Shown: positions 11,045 to 19,876, numbered from the stretch's first letter. The stretch: DNA of 64,000 nucleotides from Gammaproteobacteria bacterium (GCA_018401885.1 JAGYKB010000011.1:4575-68574), one strand, 5' to 3'. The notes: generated from the sequence alone by a model not told the origin. Made by a program: numbers and translations.

Positions 11045-11653
11045 ATGTTAAACACGCGTGTACTTAGCAGAGGCAACCACGAACAGCCTGTAATCTTAAC
11101 CCTGTGCACTGTTGCGCAACCGGCAAGACTCTATTTAGGTCTCACACTTATCGAGATTCTGATCACGGTGTTACTCACGAGTCTGTTGATAGGACTCTCT
11201 CTTCCAAACATTAAGGTATTACAGGACAGCGCGAGCACTGCTGTTGCCCTTCAGCGCCTGAGCAAGGCACTGGAAAGCGCGAAAATCTCAGCTATTTCTA
11301 GCGGTGAAATGGTCACTTTTTGCGGTTCCGAAAATAGCCTTAATTGCCAAGGGAGCTGGAATGAAGGGCTGTTGAGCTTTATTGACCGAAATCAAAATCA
11401 AAGAATTGATACCTCTGATCAAGCCTTAAACTGGCAATCGATGCAGGACATCCAAGGCAGTATTCGATGGAAAGCGTTTGGTAATCGACAATATTTGCTC
11501 TTAGACCCCCGCGGCATGATGGAAACTCAAAATGGCAGTTTCACTTATTGCACGCATAACGCGCTAACAAGTACTGCAGCAAAACTAGTGGTCAACCGCG
11601 CAGCGAGATCACGCACATTGCGAGACTTGGACCCTAAAGACCACTGTGGCTGA
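11045..11653 (+). CDS. fimT: Type IV pilus minor pilin FimT-like (GspH domain)
   Basis: Prepilin-type N-terminus G|LTLIEILITVLL with Glu at +5. GspH/FimT-type core ...VTFCGSENSLNCQGSWNEGLLSFIDRNQNQRID... The leader is unusually long if ATG 11045 is used, so the start is uncertain. Confidence 0.7.
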   Translation: MLNTRVLSRGNHEQPVILTLCTVAQPARLYLGLTLIEILITVLLTSLLIGLSLPNIKVLQDSASTAVALQRLSKALESAKISAISSGEMVTFCGSENSLNCQGSWNEGLLSFIDRNQNQRIDTSDQALNWQSMQDIQGSIRWKAFGNRQYLLLDPRGMMETQNGSFTYCTHNALTSTAAKLVVNRAARSRTLRDLDPKDHCG

Positions 11654-11659
11654 AGCACA

Positions 11660-12106
11660 TTAGTAATTCCAGCAATCATCGGCATAAGATAGACTACCTG
11701 CTGCCGATCGCCTACCCGTGCTGTCTATACTCAATGAAGTGCAAACATCATTGATCTGCGAACCCAATGGGGTTGCCGTCGCAACAAAACAGAACGCTAG
11801 ACTACTACCCTCGCAGGCTTCAACGGAGACACTATACCGGCCACTTGAGGTTAATTTTCTGCGTCCAGCCGTAGCAGGGGCATCCAAGGGGGAAGCATCA
11901 TTGACATATCGATTGAAATTTGAAAAGTAGCGTTCTTGCTCGGACGTAACCATGAGCAATGTCGCTTTGGCCTCGGCGCGGCCAGCGTCAAGAACCGCCG
12001 CCTGATAACTCGGCCACGTTAAGCCTGCGAGAAGTGCAACGATGAAAAGCACCGTGAGGATTTCTACTAAAGAAAATCCTGACCTGTCGTGTTGCTCGTT
12101 ATTCAA
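11660..12106 (-). CDS. pilE: Type IV pilus minor pilin PilE-like
   Basis: Class III signal ...RSG|FSLVEILTVLFIVALLAG. I prefer the TTG start at 12106 because it is preceded by GGAGG-N4 and gives a 10-aa leader. The listed ORF extends to 12160. The TTG overlaps the stop of the upstream pilY1-like gene. Confidence 0.75.
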   Translation of the reverse strand: MNNEQHDRSGFSLVEILTVLFIVALLAGLTWPSYQAAVLDAGRAEAKATLLMVTSEQERYFSNFNRYVNDASPLDAPATAGRRKLTSSGRYSVSVEACEGSSLAFCFVATATPLGSQINDVCTSLSIDSTGRRSAAGSLSYADDCWNY

Positions 12107-13193
12107 GCTGCCTCCACGATTGCCGGCCGTAGAGCTCAGTATCAGGCCTAGTGAGAGCATCTAAGACGCCCGACTCCCATCCAGCAGCCAGCGCATGAAG
12201 TTGCAGTTTACTGTTCACCAAATTGATCTCGCCTAGCACGCCGGTGTCCAGAATGGCACCGGAATTTGCGGCCGTTGCGCGACTCGTAATAATCGTTCGT
12301 CCGCTGTCAGCATCCTGCGCTTCTAACGCGGCAGATGACTCCCACCTTGGGGTTAAAGAGATCTCTGTATTATCATTGAACACGTAGGTCTCCAACTCTC
12401 CTGTCCATCTTTCGCTATTCAGGCTCGAGCTGAAAACCAATGAGCTTTTACGGAGGCTTGCCGAACTCACTGCAAGAGGCGCCACTGACCCAGCGCCCGC
12501 TGCAATTACACCGAGAAATTTTCCTAGCGCGCCAGCAAGTTCACCGCTATTTTTTGCTGAAACATACAACCCACGACTATTTAATGCTGCGTGCCATAGG
12601 GCATCGATGGCGCAACTTCGCACATCGGGACTGGGCAGGAACCACCGATCATTTATCTTAAGAGGAGAGGCCGGCCATCCGTCGCTCTGAAACTCCACTA
12701 AATCAAGTCGCGCAGTATAAATAGGCCTTTTGGCGACAATACTTCTGCGTGCATTTTTAAAATCTGCTACTGGATATTCCTCGGATGGAAAATATTCAAA
12801 CTTAGGTTTATAGATCATAGAGTTATTAATTTCTGTATATAAATGCCACTCCGCCTCGCCTACCCAAGGACGACTCTCGAGAGAGCATCCTCCCAATGCC
12901 CTGTTAAAAATATTCTTACTTGAGTCATACAGATAAACAAAGGTTCCTATCTGCTTCCCGTCACATCGCTTTCTTTCTATTGTGTACGCGCCCATTTCCC
13001 GCGCACGCGTCGGCCCTTTATTTTTACTTTCGTACATATATCGATGCTTTAGAGACAACTCGGCGCCTTGCACAAACACACAAAAAGCCAGCGACGCACA
13101 CAACCCCAATTTAATGACTCGAAGCAAGACTCGGCAAAAATCCGACTTCTCTTTGTTTAGGCTGGGTCTTCGGACTCGATACTCACTTCTCAT
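12099..13193 (-). CDS. Short PilY1-like protein (central PilY1 segment only; no C-terminal beta-propeller domain)
   Basis: 364 aa with a signal peptide. The segment ...AIDALWHAALNSRGLYVSAKNSGELAGAL...SERWTGELETYVF...WESSAALEA...GRTIITS resembles the conserved central region of PilY1 (as I recall it, ...LWHAAVNSRGEFFSA...NWAGDL.RY... in P. aeruginosa). It sits in the pilX-pilY1-pilE position. Confidence 0.6.
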   Translation of the reverse strand: MRSEYRVRRPSLNKEKSDFCRVLLRVIKLGLCASLAFCVFVQGAELSLKHRYMYESKNKGPTRAREMGAYTIERKRCDGKQIGTFVYLYDSSKNIFNRALGGCSLESRPWVGEAEWHLYTEINNSMIYKPKFEYFPSEEYPVADFKNARRSIVAKRPIYTARLDLVEFQSDGWPASPLKINDRWFLPSPDVRSCAIDALWHAALNSRGLYVSAKNSGELAGALGKFLGVIAAGAGSVAPLAVSSASLRKSSLVFSSSLNSERWTGELETYVFNDNTEISLTPRWESSAALEAQDADSGRTIITSRATAANSGAILDTGVLGEINLVNSKLQLHALAAGWESGVLDALTRPDTELYGRQSWRQLE

Positions 13194-13752
13194 AAGGCCT
13201 CAAGAAAGTAGATTGCAAGCGTATGCGGGTAGTCGCTCGTCGACCGACGCCGAGAGCAGTAATACGGTGAATTGCAAGCACAGGCTGCACTTGACCGGTC
13301 CTAACACCGATCGATTCTTGCTCGGTTACAAACCTGTATTGTTCGATGATGTAGCGTGCAGGCACTGCGGCGGAGGCGTCGCTCACAACAGCGGTTCCAT
13401 GCGCAGCCCACCAGCTAAGATTTGCGTCTGGGTCACGCCACCAAGGCGCCGTTACCGAAAATTTCGCATCCAAGACACCATGCATCCACACGCGTCCCTC
13501 TCCTGTATTCGTAGCAATCGGTAAATACTCTTGGGACCTCAGCCATGCCTCAGCTCTTTCTAGTGCCGCTTCCGCTGCGCTGAAGGCTCGCCCTCTGTCC
13601 TCAAAATTAGCCGCCATACGCTCGCCGAGCACGGCTGATTCCATCGAAGTCGCTCCGAGTACGAGCAGTGGGATCAGTAGCAACAAACATACGTGCATTA
13701 CCGCACCAGATGCTCTTTCGTCCGCCAGATAGCCTCGCCTGAGTACGGTCAT
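13183..13752 (-). CDS. pilX: Type IV pilus minor pilin PilX (PilX_N type)
   Basis: 189 aa. N-terminus ...SGAVMHVCLLLLIPLLVLGATSMESAVLGERMAANFEDRGRAFSAAEAALERAE is typical of Pseudomonas-type PilX. Confidence 0.7.
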   Translation of the reverse strand: MTVLRRGYLADERASGAVMHVCLLLLIPLLVLGATSMESAVLGERMAANFEDRGRAFSAAEAALERAEAWLRSQEYLPIATNTGEGRVWMHGVLDAKFSVTAPWWRDPDANLSWWAAHGTAVVSDASAAVPARYIIEQYRFVTEQESIGVRTGQVQPVLAIHRITALGVGRRATTRIRLQSTFLRPYEK

Positions 13753-14897
13753 TACAAGCCTAGCCCTCGATTTCGCAGATAAAACGTTGCAGAGAACCCC
13801 TGACGCAGACGTTTGTCATCAGGCAGGCCGCCGCGAGAATCGAGCGCATAGCGAACGCCGTTAAAACCATAATCCTGACTCGCAGCACTTTGCGAGTAAT
13901 CGACCGACTGCATCAGCAGGTCCACTCTGACTGAGACGACTTCCGAAAAATCACTCACCTTGTCGGCAGTCAAATATGCATTGACGCTGCTAGCGCGCGC
14001 ATCGCCTAACCTTACCCCGTAAAGAAATTGCAGACTCTCTACGCCTTCAATAAGCTCCTCTGCCGAATCTGGAGACCCATCGACACCCAAGCTGCGCCGA
14101 AACAATGCAGGCGAATTGAGTGCTTCGCCACCGCGCTTGCCTACATAGAATAGAGTGCTTTGAATGCGCATTGCCTCTGCAGGCGCATCAGCAGACGCGC
14201 GAGTAACTAGACGGACGCCGCTTTTATTGCCCGGATTACAAGTAGTTGAAACCCCTAGCAGGGTCGAATCAGTCTGCTGTGTTATTGAGCACGCCTGAAC
14301 GATCTCTGCTCGCGCACAGTCACTCACGAGAACGAAATCGTTGCGCTCAATATCCTGTGCATTCCTCAGCATAAAACTCGGTGGGTTTTGATTCACTTCA
14401 GTTACCTCAGCTGGCGTCCCTTCCACGTTCCATGTTCGAATAATGTCGGAATTAGGGAGAGCATCGAAGCGAGGTAAAACATGCCCTGCTTCCAAAGTTT
14501 TCCACTCTGAAGTATCAGTTCTAACCAGAGCAACAGCGGTAGATGGGTGAATCGATTCTTTGAATGCTGTTCCCGCAGATTCCCAACCTTGAAGTCCAAA
14601 CCAAGGCTGGAAACTTTCTGGCGGAGCATTGAGTGCGTTATTGATGCGACGCTCGCCGAGAGAAACAAAACATCCCAAATAACCAGCCATTCTGAGCTCA
14701 TCGCCGATAAACGAAATCGCGAGTCGAGCGCCTTCAAGCATACGCTGTCTCGCCATCATTTCTTCTTGAGTCACGCGCGCGCTAACAAAGAGTTGGAAAG
14801 CGCCATTAATTAGGAAAATTCCCAGCGTCATTGCGATGAGTAGCTCAACGAGAGAATGCCCTTCTTTTATGGGAATGGAACGCGTCAAAGTCTTCAT
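13752..14897 (-). CDS. pilW: Type IV pilus minor pilin PilW
   Basis: 381 aa. Prepilin N-terminus EG|HSLVELLIAMTLGIFL. PilW-type ...LEGARLAISFIGDELRMAGYLGC. Overlaps pilV by 4 nt and pilX by 1 nt. Confidence 0.8.
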   Translation of the reverse strand: MKTLTRSIPIKEGHSLVELLIAMTLGIFLINGAFQLFVSARVTQEEMMARQRMLEGARLAISFIGDELRMAGYLGCFVSLGERRINNALNAPPESFQPWFGLQGWESAGTAFKESIHPSTAVALVRTDTSEWKTLEAGHVLPRFDALPNSDIIRTWNVEGTPAEVTEVNQNPPSFMLRNAQDIERNDFVLVSDCARAEIVQACSITQQTDSTLLGVSTTCNPGNKSGVRLVTRASADAPAEAMRIQSTLFYVGKRGGEALNSPALFRRSLGVDGSPDSAEELIEGVESLQFLYGVRLGDARASSVNAYLTADKVSDFSEVVSVRVDLLMQSVDYSQSAASQDYGFNGVRYALDSRGGLPDDKRLRQGFSATFYLRNRGLGL

Positions 14898-15403
14898 AGA
14901 AAAGCGACGCCGGTGCTGACTAGTGTCTCCGCGACCCCGTCACGGTTGTCATCCCACCAAATCTTAATCGCAATCATCCTATTCGAACCGTCACAAGCAT
15001 GATCAGTAGGACTCCCATCGTTCAGCGTACCATCGAGGCACACGACAAATACCCCGCTTGGCAAAACCTCCGCCACTGTGCCCTGCAACTCATAAAGCTC
15101 GGCTTGCGCGAGTGCTTCTGACGAACAGCCCGCTGCCTCAAAACAGGAGTCACTTTCCTCTGCTAGGCTTGAGGCATATCCGCTTGCGGTAAAACCCGCT
15201 CTATTTGCTCGAATGCGCTCTGCAGCATCCGTGGCTATAATCGACGCCGATGAGCGATAGAACGCACTCCTTTCGGCTTGCAATGCGAGCGTCTGGAGCC
15301 CGATGAAGCCGAGCAATCCAACGCTTAATAAAAGCATCGTCACAAGAATTTCAATCAAGCCCAAACCCTGACACGCCGAGCGTAAAGTACGCGTAAGCGC
15401 CAC
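14894..15403 (-). CDS. pilV: Type IV pilus modification/minor pilin PilV (internal GTG start inside the 286-aa ORF 14894..15754)
   Basis: Sequence ...SACQG|LGLIEILVTMLLLSVGLLGFIGLQTLALQAERSAFYRSSASIIATDAAERIRAN is PilV-like. GTG at 15403 would give a 13-aa leader, but no strong SD is seen, so the start is uncertain. Confidence 0.65.
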   Translation of the reverse strand: MALTRTLRSACQGLGLIEILVTMLLLSVGLLGFIGLQTLALQAERSAFYRSSASIIATDAAERIRANRAGFTASGYASSLAEESDSCFEAAGCSSEALAQAELYELQGTVAEVLPSGVFVVCLDGTLNDGSPTDHACDGSNRMIAIKIWWDDNRDGVAETLVSTGVAFL

Positions 15404-15431
15404 TGATATTATTTGCACCTTGCAGATATTT

Positions 15432-15754
15432 TTATTCGACAAAAAGCAACCATCCGTCGTTCCATTTGCCAGCAGAGCAGTCGATCCCCGATCGATCCGA
15501 CAGAGAACGGTGGAGCTTCCAGTTGCTAATGCCTCATCCCTCTCTAACCTTAAAATAGAGAGGAAATCACTCGAAAGCGAATCTATGGCAATCTGAGCAT
15601 GGAATTGACGAATCCTGGGAATAGCAACGAGCGACATTATTGCCAGAATGCTAGCCGCGACGAGCATTTCACTAAACGAATAGCCTCGTTCCGGTGACTG
15701 GCGCCGCTCACACCCTTGCACTCCCGAACAGACCAGATAAGGCTTGGATTTCAT
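15432..15754 (-). pseudogene. fimU-like (GspH-type) minor pilin remnant, apparently frameshifted and 3'-truncated; in the given sequence it reads through in frame into pilV
   Basis: The N-terminus ...ERG|YSFSEMLVAASILAIMSLVAIP...LRLERDEALATGSSTVLC is FimU/GspH-like. The next expected motif appears only in the -1 frame (GIDCSAGKWNDGWLLFVE, then TAA at 15434..15432; compare FimT CQGSWNEGLLSFID in this window). TCGATCC repeats with 11-nt spacing lie at 15481..15498, at the frame switch. Confidence 0.5.
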
Positions 15755-15892
15755 CCATCAATCTGACAATAAACTCGCTGAGAGCAAGAATGGGATTATC
15801 CAAGGATAAGGCTATACTCGTGTCGGCCGATTTAGTTAGCCGTCGGCGTCGATCGCGCTCAGGGGAGCTGCGGTGACAATTGAGAGAGTATT

Positions 15893-16651
15893 ATGGATTT
15901 CGACTTACCTAGCATTGCGCTGCTCTGCATCACGGGATTTTTCGCCGGTGCGATAAATACAGTCGCAGGTGGGGGCTCTAATCTGACCCTGCCCGTGCTG
16001 ATGATGCTTGGTCTTCCGGCTGACATCGCTAATGGAAGCAATCGGGTTGCGGTAATGCTTCAGTGTCTCGTGGGTTTACGGGGATATGATAAGAATAACG
16101 CGCTAGATAGGCCCGCTCTCATCCTTATCCTCATACCAACAATATCGGGTGGGGTAATTGGCGCCTTGATCGCTGCGCTTTTGCCCAACCTCTATTTAAA
16201 GCCCTTGCTGCTTGCCAGCATTCTTTGCATGAGCCTAGTTATATTGATCCGTCCGAGTATGATCGCGCATTCGCCAGACACTGTTGCTCTCACCCCAAAT
16301 CAGAGCAGAATGGGCTGGTGGGGGCTATTTGCAGCCGGGGTTTATGGCGGGTTTGTCCAAGCAGGCGTAGGATTTATGCTCATCGCAGCGCTTGCTGGTG
16401 GACTGCGCTACGACTTGCTGCGCGCGAACGCGCTAAAGACTTTATGTGCGCTCGCGTTTACAAGCGTTGCGCTTGTCATCTTTATAATTTTTGGCAAAGT
16501 AGCGTGGGCGCCGGGGCTCATCTTAGCAGTAGGCTCGATGTCTGGCGCACACCTCGCTGTAAAACTCGCGGTTCGCGCATCACCGAATGCAATCAAATGG
16601 TTTCTGTTTCTGATGACACTTTTTGCCGTGGCCGGAGGACTACTGCTTTAA
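15893..16651 (+). CDS. TauE/SafE family anion (sulfite) exporter-like membrane protein (DUF81)
   Basis: 252 aa, polytopic. Internal duplication-like pattern with GAINTVAGGGSNLTLPVLMMLGLP and G-rich helices. Confidence 0.78.
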   Translation: MDFDLPSIALLCITGFFAGAINTVAGGGSNLTLPVLMMLGLPADIANGSNRVAVMLQCLVGLRGYDKNNALDRPALILILIPTISGGVIGALIAALLPNLYLKPLLLASILCMSLVILIRPSMIAHSPDTVALTPNQSRMGWWGLFAAGVYGGFVQAGVGFMLIAALAGGLRYDLLRANALKTLCALAFTSVALVIFIIFGKVAWAPGLILAVGSMSGAHLAVKLAVRASPNAIKWFLFLMTLFAVAGGLLL

Positions 16652-16711
16652 ATCTTACTACCCGAGCAATCCTCTCTTGGAGAAAACACAGCAGCCTAAA
16701 AGCTTGCTCGA

Positions 16712-18151
16712 TCACTTGCGAATCGGTTCAGTCTCGGGCTGCGGGAAGCGCAGCACAAACTTCGCGCCACCCAAATCACTTGGCTCTATCGTCACGCTTC
16801 CCTGATAGCTGGCCATAATGTCACTTACCACTGCAAGCCCTATCCCTTGTCCCTGAGCAAGCGTATCTGCTCGCGCGCCGCGCTGGAGCACAAACTCTCT
16901 TTGTTCTACCGAAATACCCGGTCCGTCATCCTCGATAGAGAATTCAAGCGCCCCGTCGTCTCGTTGCCTTGCTATGAGTCGAATACGCGTACCACCGTAT
17001 TTAAAGGCGTTATCCAACGTGTTACCTAACACTTCGAGAAGGTCGCGCTCATCTCCCCTGAACTGCAAGCTTTCGTCGCAATGACTTTCGATAATAAATC
17101 GGCGCCCCGCATACACTTTTTCTAACACCGCCAGAAGCTCTGACACCGCGGTGGCTACGTCGACTCTCAACGCAAGAGTCGCGTGATTCTGTGTCGACAC
17201 GGCTCGCTGCAGTTGGTAAGCAACGATCTGGTCCATCCGCTCTAGCGCTTGTTTAATCATCAACAACTGCTCGTTACCTCCCTCTAAATTGGGCGCTAAA
17301 GGTGACGAACTGGAAAGCGTATCGACCGCCCCCGAGGCCACGCTGAGAGGCGTTTTCAAACTGTGCGCGAGATCTGCCAATGTTGTCTTGTAGCGTTCTC
17401 TCTGTCGCCGCTCAGAGTCGATTAAACGATTGAGGTTTTCGGTGACGGCCCAAAGCTCATCCGGATAAACCCCTGTGAGGCGCTGACTGCTTCCTCGTTC
17501 GATCTTCCTGAGTTCTAGAGAAAGGCGCGCTAGTGGACGCAGGCCCCAGCGCAATAAAACTAGTAGCAGAATAAGCAAAAGCGCCGCTGCACCGCCAAGC
17601 CAGCGGCCGAGGCTTCGACGGAAATCGCGAATTTCCGAGAAATAAGGTGCCGCTAATTCAGCAACACTCACGCTGAAAGGGGATTCTATACCTTCCCAAA
17701 GAATTCCATAGCTAAACCGAAATAGGCGCTCGCCATTGCCATCAATTACCGTGTCGAAAATTGCCTCACCGACCTCCGGTATGCGCTGACTCTGGTCGCC
17801 CTGCGATAATGAAAGGGCCAATGCCGAATCACTCCGCCACATTTCGGTCAGAGCAGAATCGTAAACAAAACCGTAGAGACCAGAGTTGATCGCAGCGTAG
17901 CGAGGATCTTGAATATCCTCGATCACAAAGAACTCACCCGCTTCCTGCTCAAGCGCTGCCAAGAGTAAATAGACCTGTATCTGTAATCTCTCAGCAGCGC
18001 CACCCTCAACGCTATTGCGATAGGCGCGATCTAGGGCGATGCCCGTGAAGCCAAGAAACAACAGCAAGACCGCGGCGAGGACTAATAGCATGCGCACGCG
18101 CAGGGAGTAGCGGCTTTGATTAGTAATCATTTCTCCACTAATCACTGTCAC
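16712..18151 (-). CDS. phoQ: Sensor histidine kinase, PhoQ-like
   Basis: 479 aa. Two TM segments flank a periplasmic domain, followed by a HAMP-like linker. H-box LADLAHSLKTPLS is close to PhoQ. The ATPase has N/G boxes (LDNAFKYG, DDGPGI, GQGIGLAV). Sits 2 nt downstream of the response-regulator gene. Confidence 0.75.
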   Translation of the reverse strand: MTVISGEMITNQSRYSLRVRMLLVLAAVLLLFLGFTGIALDRAYRNSVEGGAAERLQIQVYLLLAALEQEAGEFFVIEDIQDPRYAAINSGLYGFVYDSALTEMWRSDSALALSLSQGDQSQRIPEVGEAIFDTVIDGNGERLFRFSYGILWEGIESPFSVSVAELAAPYFSEIRDFRRSLGRWLGGAAALLLILLLVLLRWGLRPLARLSLELRKIERGSSQRLTGVYPDELWAVTENLNRLIDSERRQRERYKTTLADLAHSLKTPLSVASGAVDTLSSSSPLAPNLEGGNEQLLMIKQALERMDQIVAYQLQRAVSTQNHATLALRVDVATAVSELLAVLEKVYAGRRFIIESHCDESLQFRGDERDLLEVLGNTLDNAFKYGGTRIRLIARQRDDGALEFSIEDDGPGISVEQREFVLQRGARADTLAQGQGIGLAVVSDIMASYQGSVTIEPSDLGGAKFVLRFPQPETEPIRK

Positions 18152-18153
18152 GA

Positions 18154-18843
18154 TTACTTTTCAGTGCCCGGTTCGAGGTCAAAGCGGTAGCCTTGTCCTC
18201 GGACAGTTTCGATTGGATTGAGGGACTCACTGGGGTCCAACTTTTGCCTCAAGCGCCGGACAAACACTTCGAGGACATTGCTATCTCGGTCGTGATCCTG
18301 AGCGTAGAGGTGTTCTGTTAGCTGGGTTTTGGAGACTACTTTACCCGCATTAAGCATCAAGTATTCGAGCAGCTTATACTCATAGGCGGTGAGATCCACA
18401 GGCTTCTCGTTTAGAGCTACCCGTTTCGCACTGAGGTCGAGTTGTATCGGACCAAACTCAAGCGAAGAATTCGCAAATCCTGCCGCACGGCGCAGGAGCG
18501 CATTCACGCGAGCGACAATTTCCTCTAGATGATAGGGCTTAACAACATAGTCGTCTGCGCCTGCATTGAGCCCTTTCACTTTCTCATGCCAATCGCCGCG
18601 CGCGGTCAGGATCAAAATGGGGAATACTCTCTGCGCTTGACGAAGCTGTTTTATAAGATCAATGCCATCGATGCCAGGTAAACCTAAATCGATAATCGCC
18701 GCATCGTAGTCATATTCTGTTCCATAGTAGAATCCATTACGGCCCTCTGAAGCCGAGTCCACTATAAAGCCATGCTGAGTCAAACCAACCTCAAGCTGTT
18801 GCCTCAGCAGTTCTTCATCTTCTACTATGAGTAATCGCATCAA
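18154..18843 (-). CDS. phoP: OmpR-family response regulator, PhoP-like
   Basis: 229 aa. MRLLIVEDEELLR...DLGLPGIDG...LILTARGDWHEKVKGLNAGADDYVVKPYHLEEIVARVNALLRR...TVRGQGYRF aligns closely by eye with E. coli PhoP. Confidence 0.82.
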   Translation of the reverse strand: MMRLLIVEDEELLRQQLEVGLTQHGFIVDSASEGRNGFYYGTEYDYDAAIIDLGLPGIDGIDLIKQLRQAQRVFPILILTARGDWHEKVKGLNAGADDYVVKPYHLEEIVARVNALLRRAAGFANSSLEFGPIQLDLSAKRVALNEKPVDLTAYEYKLLEYLMLNAGKVVSKTQLTEHLYAQDHDRDSNVLEVFVRRLRQKLDPSESLNPIETVRGQGYRFDLEPGTEK

Positions 18844-18882
18844 GTTCTCCGAAAAATCGCGGTGCAGCGGATTTAAGTCAAA

Positions 18883-19236
18883 TTAGCTACCTCGAGTGAT
18901 TTTTCCCGTACGGGCATGAACAAAGAGAGTAAACACCTTGCCATCCTTCTCCATCCTGATCTGATAACGCTTATTACCTCCTGAGCCCACCAAGCTTATT
19001 CGCAGAACATTACCCGAAAATTGAGAACGCGCCTTAGACAAGGCTTGACGCTCGGTCAATTCAAGCCGTGAGGCATTCGGTGCTGCTGGAGCCGATGCGC
19101 CGCGACGGCTAGGGTCCAACTGCGTCTGAATATCCTGCGCAGACTGGGCGAGAGTGTTAGTCGCCGCGCCGAGGGTGTATGCAAACATAAAGCACAATGC
19201 CAACACCTGCATATTTACCGAGCCTGCTTTCCTCAC
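18883..19236 (-). CDS. PepSY domain-containing secreted protein
   Basis: 117 aa with a signal peptide. The C-terminal segment ...ALSKARSQFSGNVLRISLVGSGGNKRYQIRMEKDGKVFTLFVHARTGKI is PepSY-like. Confidence 0.68.
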   Translation of the reverse strand: MRKAGSVNMQVLALCFMFAYTLGAATNTLAQSAQDIQTQLDPSRRGASAPAAPNASRLELTERQALSKARSQFSGNVLRISLVGSGGNKRYQIRMEKDGKVFTLFVHARTGKITRGS

Positions 19237-19291
19237 ATCGTTCCCCTCAGCCCTAGCCTAGCCTCTAATTTTCTATCGCTAAGCCGTTAGC

Positions 19292-19876
19292 CTAAAAAAT
19301 AGGTTGTACGTCGACTCGCACTTTCATCTGCGACCCAGGATCCTGCGCCATCCGCACACTGAAATGCTGTTCATTAAACAGGTAGATAACATCATATCCA
19401 AGAAGTCTTTCCTCTTCATGGCTAACGAACACGGTCTCACAGCGCTCTACAATCTGATACTGCCTAGTATCTGAACTTTGACTCTGACGCGCAATGTCGC
19501 GTCCAACGGAGTTGCCGAGAACCGCACCTAGCACCGCCCCAACTCGTTTACTGCTTTTATTATTGCCAACCGCGTTACCGATTGCACCACCGATAATTGT
19601 ACTCACGATAATCGGCGTACCAGAACTCTGCCGTTTGGCTCGGTCCACCAAAACCCGCTCTTCTACACAGCGCTCTTGAGGAGTCTCTATTTGAGCTAAT
19701 TGGTAGACCGGCTGCGCTGAGACAACAGCAACCATCTCATAGCTTTGCTGTGCTGATACGGCGCTGGGCAACGCCAACAAACTAAGGATAAGCATACCCC
19801 CTTTCATCACCGACTTTAGGATCGAGACATTCTGCTTGCCCCGAACATTGACTAGCTTAGTGAGTGAGTTTGTCAT
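19292..19876 (-). CDS. Glycine-zipper 2TM (17-kDa surface antigen-like) envelope protein
   Basis: Signal peptide ...LILSLLALPSAVSA. Gly-zipper core IIGGAIGNAVGNNKSSKRVGAVLGAVLGNSVG. I prefer ATG 19876 because it is preceded by GAAGGGAG. The listed ORF starts at GTG 19900. Confidence 0.65.
   Translation of the reverse strand: MTNSLTKLVNVRGKQNVSILKSVMKGGMLILSLLALPSAVSAQQSYEMVAVVSAQPVYQLAQIETPQERCVEERVLVDRAKRQSSGTPIIVSTIIGGAIGNAVGNNKSSKRVGAVLGAVLGNSVGRDIARQSQSSDTRQYQIVERCETVFVSHEEERLLGYDVIYLFNEQHFSVRMAQDPGSQMKVRVDVQPIF

Noticed and set aside
12982-13524. 180-aa plus-strand ORF antisense to pilX/pilY1-like. The same applies to other long antisense ORFs: 16225..16818, 28057..28488, 26844..27248, 35311..35790, 50695..51174, 59872..60411 and 61388..61879
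   Set aside because: All lie entirely opposite well-supported genes, have Arg/Ser/Cys/Pro-rich low-complexity translations, and carry no motifs. They are typical shadow ORFs.
15839-15849. CCGTCGGCGTC upstream of the minor-pilin operon as a possible AlgR binding site
   Set aside because: It does not fit the 9-mer CCGT(T/G)(C/G)(G/T)TC without an insertion, and it is a single occurrence. The match is too weak.
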